Positions 25,900 through 64,000 of a DNA stretch of 64,000 nt are shown here, one piece after another. The translations under genes and the position numbers were made by a program. The stretch's first letter is position 1. Every line of letters starts with the position of its first letter. The stretch spans positions 434,001-498,000 of the forward strand of contig JAQGDQ010000073.1 of the NCBI GenBank assembly GCA_030141605.1. The letters are read 5' to 3'. Under the pieces are notes generated by a model. The model ran no database searches and was not told the origin of the DNA. It saw only the letters and a program-made list of their open reading frames with translations. Source of the DNA: Tubiluchus corallicola. Its lineage: Eukaryota; Animalia; Priapulida.

Positions 25900-28635
25900 A
25901 CCGAGAAAACGAAACTGATTCCTAGCTGATTCGTTTATTGCTAGTAACAATGTCACAATAAAATGATTATAGGGTATATTGGGGTAATGTTGGTCATCGG
26001 CTAATGTCGGCCAGCCAGTTTCTATGCACTCTAAACATGTCGCGTGAGCTATGGGTTTTTATAGCTTGCTGAACCATTCAGCAGAGCCAGCATTGTTCAG
26101 CTAGATGTGTTTCTCTTGTTCTAGTTGTCTATCATCTGCATCAGCAACAAATATCGAGAGGAGTGAGGTGATTTACTACAATATCTCATAGTGCATTAGT
26201 GTTTTGCAGTGTTTTTTGTAACTATTATAATGAATAATCATCTATGCTGAGAATGTTAAAAAGACTATTTCAAACAATGAATTATATGGCTTTTAATGAA
26301 TTTTAGCAAACGTACTGCAATATTTCATACGGTATACCTGTGTACTGGTGTGCTTCAGTACTGGCCAATATTACCTTCAACTGGCCAACATTGCCCTGAT
26401 TTTGACTGCACAGAGTGCACAAGTAACACGACCGAAATTACACTGAAATGAGTGACATAAACCATTTCTTTGCATTCCTGTGAAGCAGACAAATCCATCG
26501 ATGTGTCTGCTAAACCTGTACATAAAGTAATAGTGATAATACAAGGTTTATCACTGAAGAAATCTAAATGTGGCCGGCATTACCCCAATATACTATAATG
26601 TAGGGCTAAATTGTGCACTTAGTGTACTAGCCTGCTATATATATTATTGCGCCGACTCCATCAAGTAAAGAAATGCCATGCTCGGAATTCAGCAATAACT
26701 TCATATGCGTAAGTAGGGATCAGCACAAAATCACAATATCATGTTACACATTTGCTGATCTCTAGTGACACATACGAAGTTACTATCGAATTCTAAGCAC
26801 AGCGTTTCTTTACTTGATGGAGAAAATTTGCTTGCCCATCGTATAAAAAAGGATCACAAAATTAGAGAATGCTTGCAGAACACCATTCTTTGTGAATGGT
26901 TGTCAATGCCTATGAAGACAGTACTACATTTTTGAGGACAATCTTAATTTTGGTGGCCCTAGATGAACGTCTTCTGATCACACTTGCTTCTTAGACTATC
27001 TGGTATCTTACCGTGCATTCGCTACTTTACACAGTTAATTTTCTGTTATCTCTATGATATGTCACTTGCAAGGTTTTCGTTGGATGATTTGGCCACGGCT
27101 GGACCTACCTAGGCTGCTAATATATTTTAGAAGCACCACTTATAAAAAGGCCTCCAATGTTCATGTCTCCATGGATAAAAGGCCACCATGGATAGAAATG
27201 GAAATAGCTCTGTACACAGGGTCCTTTAGTCTGACTGCCGAATCCTTTCTGAGAAAAGCAGATGGCTAAAGAAACAAGGTCGCTAGAGAATGTACATTTC
27301 GTTACTAGCACACATAAATGGCTACTTTGATCACTTGTCTTCTTAAAGCAAAACCGGACCCAATCTTAAACTGCAGGTCAAAACAATCTACTCTTTAAAA
27401 TATTGTAAGGAAACATACTGTTTTTTCAAAAATGACTTACGTGAAAAAATGACTACTACACAAACACAATTTCACGTTCACACCACTAGTTCTTTGCTGT
27501 TGCATACATTTCGCCATTCGCTAGTTAGACTGGCACAAGCACCTGCATTTCGAAAATGCATTGCACAAAAACCGAGAAAACGAAACTGATTCCCAGCTGA
27601 TTCGTTTATTGCTAGTAACAATGTCACAATAAAATGATTATAGGGTATATTGGGGTAATGTTGGTCATCGGCTAATGTCGGCCAGCCAGTTTCTATGCAC
27701 TCTAAACATGTCGAATGAGCTATGGGTTTTTATAGCTTGCTGAACCATTCAGCAGAGCCAGCATTGTTCAGCTAGATGTGTTTCTCTTGTTCTAGTTGTC
27801 TGTCATCTGCAATCAGCAACAAATATCGAGAGGAGTGAGGTGATTTACTACAATATCTCATAGTGCATTAGTGTTTTGCAGTGTTTTTTGTAACTATTAT
27901 AATGAATAATCATCTATGCTGAGAATGTTAAAAAGACTATTTCAAACAATGAATTATATGGCTTTTAATGAATTTTAGCAAACGTACTGCAATATTTCAT
28001 ACGGTATACCTGTGTACTGGTGTGCTTCAGTATTGGCCGATATTACCTTCAACTGGCCAACATTGCCCTGATTTTGACTGCACAGAGTGCACAAGTAACA
28101 CGACCGAAATTACACTGAAATGAGTGACATAAACCATTTCCTTGCATTCCTGTGAAGCAGACAAATCCATCGATGTGTCTGCTAAACCTGTACATAAAAT
28201 AATAGTGATAATACAAGGTTTATCACTGAAGAAATCTAAATGTGGCCGGCATTACCCCAATATACTATAATGTAGGGCTAAATTGTGCACTTAGTGTACT
28301 AGCCTGCCATATATATTATTGCGCCGACTCCATCAAGTAAAGAAATGCCATGCTCGGAATTCAGCAATAACTTCATATGCGTAAGTTATCTTGATCACTT
28401 GTCTTCTTAAAGCAAAACCGGACCCAATCTTAAACTGCAGGTCAAAACAATCTACTCTTTAAAATATTGTAAGGAAACATACTGTTTTTTCAAAAATGAC
28501 TTACGTGAAAAAATGACTACTACACAAACACAATTTCACGTTCACACCACTAGTTCTTTGCTGTTACATACATTTCGCCATTCGCTAGTTAGACGGGCAC
28601 TAGCACCTGCATTTCGAAAATGCATTGCACAAAAA
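25900..28635. repeat. Recent local duplication, X-z-Y-X-Y
   Basis: X is 25900-26714 and 27571-28386. Y is 27327-27571 and 28391-28635. Both pairs are near-identical. Confidence 0.92.
25972..26593. mobile_element. MITE with TA flanks (second copy at 27643-28265)
   Basis: TIRs ta|gggtatattggggtaatgttggtca ... tggccggcattaccccaatatac|ta. Confidence 0.7.
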
Positions 28636-28795
28636 TAGGTGATGTACCTCTCAGTTCTAATGTGATAATTTGTGACGAGCTATGCACGTTCGACAGCTCC
28701 TGCATGAACACAGGAGTAAATCTGAACTTTGAATTTTCATGTTAAAACTTGCCTAGTTTTAGTATAACACACTGAATATCTTAGAGTAGCACTGT
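26919..28795. mobile_element. DNA transposon (family of 1-255) interrupted by the duplication
   Basis: Ends cagtactac ... gtagcactg|ta are inverted. The right part is homologous to 1-255. Confidence 0.5.
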
Positions 28796-28994
28796 ATTTA
28801 AATTTTCGCTTGTAGCCTAGTAGCAATTTTTTAACTAGTGTAATGATATGTTTTAATGTTTGTTTAGTGTTATATGTAAAATAATTGTTTTTAATGATTT
28901 TTAAGGTGTCTGATAACTCTGTCTATAAAGTGGCTTTTATTTTACTGTAACTGTTGTAAAATGAAAGGCAGCACTGTAATAAATTAACTAAACT

Positions 28995-29111
28995 ATACCA
29001 TACCATACCATACCATACCATACCATACCATACCATACCATACCATACCATACCATACCATACCATACCATACCATACCATACCATACCATACCATACCA
29101 TACCATACCAT
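28995..29111. repeat. (ATACC)n pentanucleotide microsatellite, ~23 copies
   Basis: Perfect tandem array. Confidence 0.97.
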
Positions 29112-29989
29112 ACTATACTATATTGTCGTAAATTGGTTGCTTATACCGGTTCATGCAAAGAGTTTTTTAATTTAGTTTTAAATATTGGAAACGTGGCTTG
29201 TTTCCTCATCGTCGTTGTTTGGTAGAGAGTTTCATAATTATGTAAATTGGTTCTTTGACGTTAAGAGCAATCATTTTCATGTTTTAGAATTGGACATTTT
29301 ATAAAAGTTTTTATATATTTTAATATTGTAATTCCCAGAAATTTTCTTCTGAATATACAAATTAGGAACACCCATATTGACTAAATGAGTGCTGCAGCGG
29401 GGCTAGCCGCCTAAAAATTTTGAAGTTCACTGCACTGTGGTCATGATATCATTATCCATGGCCCGTTTGAGTGTGGTGGCGCTGCGAAAGCAGAGGCAAG
29501 TTTCAAACATAAAAATAAAGTTGTTTTGTTATATATGTGTGCATGTTTTGATCATTTATGGTAGATATTGTTTTCTTTTTATTTCACGAAACTTCGTCAA
29601 GTAATTTATGACAGAAATTCTAGTTGTCTTCTAATTTAATTTTTATTTGCAAGCAAGGTAGTAAACTGATCAGTTCATTTCCGTGCCTCAAAGTTCCTTT
29701 TTATATCAAAGTAAGCAGTCAAAAACTGCTGCTTGGCTTACTTGCGAAGTCTAAGAGACCTAACCATAACACGGTTATTGACGGTCTCTCCTCAACAATT
29801 TGCGGCAGATTTGATGCGTCAGCTGTTTCACTAGTAAGTGAATTCAAGGGCTCACAACACGAGAAGAGAAGAAATGAGCTCTGATATTAGTGCGAGAGTA
29901 TTGTCTAAAATGAAAAAGCATTCTTAATGCACATAAATTTTGCAACGTCTTTTCATTATATCACTGATTAGTTTTTTACCCAAATAAAT

Positions 29990-32900
29990 CCTATTTATTC
30001 GATCATCATCAGAAACTCCTTCCCATAAAACCATTTTTCTTTCATTTTCACAGAGAAAGCACTTCAATAGAATGTGCTAAAGTTTCCAACTCTATGAACC
30101 ACATTTACACCTCTTATCATTCTCCATTATCCTCCATCTATACAATGGATTTCCTTTGACCTCCAGGGCACCAATCCTTGTTTTTACCAACAGTTCTGAA
30201 TCATACATATCATTCATCCAGGCTTCATAATAGGGCTTTGGTTTTCTTTCCTTTATATACCTAATAGCAGTAGAACATTCTGACAATTCATTCTGCCATA
30301 TTTGTAAACCATTTTCTCTCACTCTGTTTTCAATCAAATTATCCCAGCCTTTTCAGAAAGCCTTATATCAGTTATTCTTTCCAATCAATCCTGCGAAAAA
30401 TCGATAAATTAAATTTTTCTGTTAGAAAAGTCATCCAATCCTACAGGCTACAGCAAATGAAATTACTTTCATCCAATCTCTCAATATCCATAAATATGAT
30501 TCTGTTCAAATATTTCAAATGTACCTTGGTCTCTCTTTCCTCAAGAGATGAAAAACCTACTTTGCAGCCCCTTTAGTTTTCCAAATTCACCTTGCAAATG
30601 AATCCTGTAAACTGTTATAAAAGTCTATTTCTTTTTGATAAAAGATTCTGCCAACACAACCAAACATAATCTGAAGCACAATCATTGCTTTTCACAAGGT
30701 TATTCTAACTTCTCATCTAGCATTTGAGGACATAGCAGCGTACTTAATAGCCCAAATAGCTCTTCTCAAATGTGGGATTCTTTCTGTCCAGCTGTTTTCA
30801 TTTTCATTTTCTCTTAACAACATTCCTAGATATTTCTCATAAATGACTTTTTTAACTTAAATCCAAACAACATGAATTGATCATCTTCGAGAATGTCGTT
30901 TCCTGCTAATAATAATAATGAAACACATTTCTTGGGACTGAAACTCATACCATACTGTGTACCAACATCCTCTGCTATCTTTAACAGATTACACGTATTG
31001 TGCTCTTCTTCAGCAAAAATGATCACACCATCTGCAAAAGCTAAAACATTTATATCTAAACCTTCGCACAAGTAAAATCCTTCATTTGAGTTTTTTAATG
31101 CAAAAGCCAAGTATCTTGGGAAGTTCAGCTTATTCTAATATTTCAGAAAAATGTTAGAAAGTTTCAGCAATGAAATTATGATAAGCGTCTCGTGTAATTA
31201 ATAATTTCAATTCAAAATCGCGATCACTTCATGCTTGGGCGCACTCATTTTTGTGAAAAATGGTGTCATCTGGTTACCGTGCAATATAAACAGTTATTCT
31301 GCCAACTGCTTAAGCAATCATTTTTTGACTTATAGAGCGATCTCTATAAACTCAGTAACCCACCCTGTACCCACTGTATTCTCGCAAGTTTACATGTGTA
31401 TCTGAAAGTCAACAAAAGTCTGTATATTAATTACTTTTACGCGAATAATGTATGCTAGTTACACATTTTACGGTATAATCCTGTGGCTATGTAACCACTT
31501 TAAACTTAGGCATAATTGATCAATAACTAATTTTTACATAAAACAGTTAAATACAATGCTAGACTAACTGAACTTCTGAGTGAACTGTAGAAATTTCTCA
31601 ATGTGTACCTTCATCACAGCTTGTCTTCACGGCATTCATGCTGCCCAGCAGACACCAGCTTACGGCATTTTTTTTCAAACATGCCGGCAGCGAAGTTTGT
31701 TTGGCGGGAGATACAAAATATTTAAATTTCTTTTACATTTTTAAGCAAAGCATTCTAATGTAATGATTTCAATATTTTTAATTGTATATTAAAATGCAAT
31801 AAATGTTGTTCAAGGGTTGGTTCTTCCTTTAACACTTCTAACAACTCACTCATGTATAAACAAAAAAAAACATTGATTTGATGACATTATGTCTCCTTGC
31901 TTGACACTCGACATAACTTTTATTTTTTCAAATTTATTTCCCCCCACAACAATTCAACGTCTGAATCAGAATACCATTTTTTCCGAAAGTCCACAAAACT
32001 TTTTTCTACACCCAATCTTTCCAAAACTTCCCGCAGCTTATTTCTATTTTCTCTATCATATGCTTTTTCCAAGTCTAGTAAGACAACCCATAATTTTTTG
32101 TTTCGAGTTTTTGCTATTTCTATGAGTAAAGAAATAATATCCCAACTTTCTACTTGTAAAAAAACCATTCTGCACCTCTCTTACTACATTCTTTTCTGCA
32201 ATTGCAGCCACTAATCTGTCTTTCAAAATTCTACACGGAAGCTTCCCCATCACGGATACAATTGTAATGAGCCTATAGTTTTCTATTCTTAACTATATCC
32301 CCTTTTTTGGGAGTTCACAAGATTAACTAAATCGTATTTCCACAAGGAGGGAGCACATTTAGATCTTAAAATTTTATTAAAATCTCTACACAAAAGACTT
32401 TTTGCTTTCTCACTTAACCCTGTAAGAAATTCGCCAGTAATTTTGTCACTTCCGTATACTTTTCCCTTTTTTATGCATTTCAAACCTTTTTCAAGTTCAC
32501 TTTTAGATATGTCTTGCATAAACTGACGGTTTTCTAATTGCCAGTATTCCGGATGATCAGAAACGTTTTCCATTAACTTAACATCCCCCTTTTTTGAAAT
32601 AGATTGCCCCGAACGTTTATTAATTCTGCACAGGTATCTCCCTCGCTGTCTGGCCTATCTTCATTTTTATATGACATGAAAATTTTAAATACTGTTTAGA
32701 TCGACATTGCTTCACCTGTTAGCAATTGTTCTGAAATACATCCAAAATTTATTTTTATTTTTGCCATCTTTTTTAACTTCATCTGCCCATTTAGCTCTTT
32801 TCTGCACCACTAGGGTTTGAACATGATTTTTTGGTGCTTTATACTCTTCCCAAAGCCTAGATAGCTTCAGATGCATCAGTTTTTCTACTTATTCTTCCGT

Positions 32901-32990
32901 GTCTTCGCATAATCTCTCTTCACGTTATTATTGCTTTTTTCAGTTCATCGTCATACCACTTTTTCAGTTCATTGTCATGTTTACTGTTAA
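29990..32990 (-). mobile_element. Decayed non-LTR retrotransposon (LINE ORF2: RT plus C-terminal CCHC knuckle)
   Basis: Frameshifted fragments in RT order: KKGKVYGSDKITGEFL, EVQNGF, LLDLEKAYD, SVKQGDIMS, VLAFADG (decayed YADD), FSPKKC, then CKCG..ETLAH/ILLKC. Boundaries approximate. Confidence 0.88.
31099..31828. mobile_element. TTAA-flanked MITE copy 2, inserted in the LINE RT
   Basis: TTAA at 31095-31098 and 31829-31832. Homologous to 12944-13665. Confidence 0.8.
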
Positions 32991-33295
32991 TGCCGCTAGT
33001 GAATTGCACGGAGTGTACACACAAATGAATGAGTAAAGCTGAATTATCCTGACTCCGGAATGTTAAGTAATCTTTTAAAACTAATCTATGCATGCATATT
33101 TTCTGTAACACGAAATAGATATTGTTATATTTTAGAGACTTTTTTGGAAATTTCAAAAACTCTAACCAAGAAACTTGTATAATTCATTTTTTATTTACAG
33201 GCAGTTACTTTAGCAAAACTTTGTGATTAGCTTGGGGTGTGAAATATTTGCTGTTCAGTTGCTCATAAATTCTGAATCACAGTAGGGGAATCAAA

Positions 33296-60212
<26,917 letters not shown>

Positions 60213-60699
60213 CAATACACATATGAACAGGGTTGAAAGCTAATAACTCCTAATTTTATCATGTGATCATTTAGGCAATTGGACTTGTACTATATGTTAG
60301 TAGTTAGACTGACATAGCAGTTTTATTATTTGTGGTCGTAGCACGATTACATTGATTCATTTTCTTATAATATTTTCTACAATTGTAGTTAATATTAGTT
60401 GCAATCTTGTTCGTATTATGACTATACTCAAGGGAAATGAAGATGTTGAAAACTGAAGTTCACTGATTAGTGTAGAAAAGACAGTTTTATATTCTTAATT
60501 TAGTATAGCTTTGTGTTTATTTTGTTTATTTTTTAAACTTGGGTTGTGAATATTTTTTTGCACTGTAGCACTTTCTATTATGTTTGCGAAGTGATAAACT
60601 TGAGGCAAAGCTCTAACTGAACTGCACAATTTGATTGAATGATGATTATGTTGATGATGATAGCAATGGCAAATATCTTCTTTGAGATTGCAGTCACAC

Positions 60700-60722
60700 T
60701 CTCCACTCTCTCTCTCTCTCTC

Positions 60723-60781
<59 letters not shown>

Positions 60782-60800
60782 TTCTCTCTGTCTTTCTCTT
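60700..60800. repeat. (CT)n/(CTGT)n microsatellite downstream of the MELK stop
   Basis: Directly visible. Confidence 0.93.
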
Positions 60801-61387
60801 TTGCTCTATTTCTCCCTGCATCTATCTGCATATTTCCTTATCTCTCTATATATCTGCCGGTCTGTCTATGTGTTTGCTATTTACTTATGCTTTTCTCTCT
60901 CTTTTTAAGAAAACTTTTTTCTTGCTTTGAGTTCATTTTTGCCTAGCGACAAAGCAAAGAATGGAATTGCCTTTTCATACCCATACGAATATTAAGCTTA
61001 CTTAGATAAAATTTTCTGTTTCCATAAATGCTGCAATTATCAATGCTACATTTTACACTTTGGCATTTTTATCAAAAAACATTCGAAAACTTTACCTGCT
61101 GTCACAGCATTAAAACACCTAATGCCAATTTTTTATTTTTACTAAGTGTGATTGAATTGATAGATTAGCACCCAGTTGTGGATCTGCCTGGGTGATTACT
61201 TTATTGCATGCTGTTTAATGGATATGTAAATGAGTTAAAACTGCCTCCACGTGTTTTAGCCATTTCCAGCTCCCGTTTTTTTCTTGCTTTCAAATGGAAA
61301 AATTGTGTTTGGTTGTTAATGAGCTTTTGACTAAGACTGATTAGCAATTGTGTTGCCTTTCCCTTAGGCATTAAGACCTCATGCTTA

Positions 61388-61472
61388 AGTTAATTTAAGG
61401 TTAGGTAGGGGGCACTAGGGGCTACAGTTAATTTAAGGTTAGGTAGGGCGCACTAGGGGCTACAGTTAATTT
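61388..61472. repeat. 38-bp tandem duplication (2.2 copies)
   Basis: agttaatttaaggttaggtaggg(g/c)gcactaggggctac twice, plus agttaattt. Confidence 0.9.
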
Positions 61473-63799
61473 CTCCACTTATCTTATAACTAATGCAACC
61501 TTGTGTAACCTAAGTCTGATTCTGATTTATATTTTAATGCACTAGACTACAATACTCTCTATTAATTTTTCCCAGAGCTGTTTTCCTGTGGAATTTTCTA
61601 TAAAGTTGGTAAATTTATACTGAATGTGACTGCACAGTAATGTATGTTTTCACATGGGCTTTTTTAACGTTGTCCAATAAAGTCCACTGTTTCAATGTTT
61701 TTTAGTTTACACAACTGAAAGTATGTTTATGAATTTTGTCAATTGGCACACTTCTTTATTTTAGTTTAACTCAAATTTACATATGTGATATCCTTCGATA
61801 TACTGTAGGTAGTTGGACTATGTGGTAGTGAAACCTAAAATGTTTATTAATGTAGAGATTTTAGTAGCAAATTAGCGACATTGAGCACTAAGATATAAAC
61901 GTAGATTATCTTCATTTGTAAAAATTTTATTGAAAAATTCTCAGTTTAAGAAATATTTTGGTGTTTTACATCACTTGAAATATTTGGTGTTTAAATTTCA
62001 GATAGTTAAAATTTCAGTGTAAACTAAACTGTAACAATCGTTTGTAAATTAGGTTAGTTTTGTCTATAGGAAAGTATGCTGGTTGAATGTTTTTGTTTAC
62101 TCCTGTTAGTTTTAGTGACTTATGATTATATACAATAACTATTTGCTTAGTTTTGAAATTGCGGATAGAAGTGAATTGGGTTTAAAAATTATTTATAAAT
62201 ACGTCCCTTGATTTATTAATTATTTACGTATGAATCAAAACTATTGTCATTTTTTGTGCTTTCTTTCACGAAAATTGCAGAAGGGTAATGCAATGTGTTT
62301 TAAGTAAAATGTGTTTTTATTTCATTTCATTTGACTAGGTAATTAACATTATGGTATGCATAATATGTAGTGTGTATCAGACTGCTGTGATAAGTGGGGC
62401 ACAGTTGTTAATAGAACATTTTAACTCAAATATCGTTTTTCTTTGTATGAGACATCACATTCCAAGGTTACTATACAGCATTTTTATACGTACTGTAACT
62501 TATTACATTTGTCACTTTGCATTCCGCAGTCCATCACTTAGGGTTTAGTGTTGTCGAGATTCAGTCACTAAGTTCGCCATAAATCCTTGATAAACGAAAT
62601 ACACAGCATTGATAAAATTCCTAAGTTATTATTATAAATAATAATTAGGTTCTCTCAACTTTTTTGCATGATTTGTAAATAGATACTAATTAGAACACTT
62701 ATTTCACAAAATAATGTCAGCGGTTGATATAAAATTTAGAGAGTTTCGGTTTTGCAGTTGCTAGAGGGCAAACAACCCTGAAGCTCTGTTTTACAATTTT
62801 GTGTGGCAACTTGAGCAGTTCCTCAACATTCAATTTTCAAAGATTCAGAGACTATTCTAGTCAAAAAATTACGGCTTAAGTTTTACCGGCAATTAACCAC
62901 AGGAAAATGAAGAAACGGTGTATCACTTGAGGACTATTATTAAAGCAGCAGACAAACTGGGAAGTTGTCAGCATGTAAACGCACCTCATTTTGCAGTATT
63001 ATTATTACGCTTTTTATTTCATGCAAAAATGTTACATATATAAAATTTGCATAATGACAGATAAAAACTAAGATAAAATTGACACAATAAAAATAACTAC
63101 AAATTCTCTAAAATGGCCCTGAAAAACTTATATGAATTGAAAAATTGGCAAAAAAGTTCATTTCATAATTTGAGCATTAAAGGCTAATATTTGGGTGGGA
63201 TTTATATGGAATAATTGTGTTAAATGCGCCATTTAAGAACGCATTGCTTCAAAATATCGCGGATGCCTTATTATTAATTATCAGAATAAATATCTGAGTT
63301 CTTGAATTTATTTTTAATGTTTGAAGTTTGTCTATTTTGTAGATACACTAAAATGTTTGCATAGAGTGCAAATAATTATAATAATCATGTTTAGTCGTTT
63401 TGCATGTGTTTATCCATTTTACTGAAGAAGAGTAAAATTTATACAAGATATATTAGTTATTTAGGCGCGTAATTAAATGATTTGTGTTGCAAGGCATTAA
63501 AAACACAAACCAAAATGCTTTTTAAAGAGTTGTTTAAGTATCAACTAAAGACATTCAGTCAAACACACTACTCGAAACAACTTGATAAGAATTTTAATTA
63601 AAATATTAATTATATTTATAATTATTAAAATATTTAAACACAATTCAAGATGTAATCATGTTTATTTATTCACTTTTCTGTTTTTGTTCTATTTACCCGC
63701 TCTTGTGTTGAGCAATAACCAAATTTATCAGTTATTTGAACACTTTCAGTACAAACAGTTGATAGTTTTGCCACAAACATAACATAACAGAATACATGA

Positions 63800-64000
63800 C
63801 ATAACACAAGAAATGAAAGGCATCAGAACGGCAAGATTGAATCTGTTTGGTGCAGCATTGAGAACTATGTAATAGGAACCATATATAGACCACCCAATCT
63901 CAAACACAAAACATTTTTCAAATACTTTAGTGAAGAACTAGAACGCAGTGTTTTCGAAAATAAAAAAGTTCTTATAATGGGCGATTTCAACCTTGATATT
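63800..64000 (+). mobile_element. LINE APE-endonuclease fragment running off the window end
   Basis: IESVWCSI..IGTIYRPPN..KKVLIMGDFNLDI contains the YRPP and GDFN motifs. Confidence 0.85.

Noticed and set aside
28923-29111. (MVWYG)n ORF
   Set aside because: Translation of the (ATACC)n microsatellite.
60495-60930. RE/SL-repeat ORFs
   Set aside because: Translations of the (CT)n microsatellite.

Overview
AT-rich, intron-rich eukaryotic DNA, most likely an invertebrate metazoan. I see no prokaryotic features and no CRISPR array. Five protein-coding genes can be built from GT-AG exons with consistent phases. (1) A small secreted chitin-binding (CBM14/peritrophin-A-like) gene on the minus strand, 1631-2141. 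(2) A large DOK7-type PH+PTB docking protein with an IRS-like tyrosine-motif tail on the plus strand, >=8 exons, 12418-21326; its first exon(s) are not resolved. (3) A 14-coding-exon MELK kinase on the plus strand, 33296-60212, about 875 aa. (4) An intronless 937-aa PDZ protein nested antisense in MELK intron 6. (5) An intronless HSCB/Hsc20 nested on the same strand in MELK intron 7. The two nested genes diverge from each other across MELK exon 7. The rest is TE-rich: decayed LINEs, several MITE or non-autonomous DNA transposon families, a recent local duplication, two minisatellites (one open in 4 frames, one carrying X-box-like palindromes) and microsatellites. All homology calls come from recalled motifs, not database searches.
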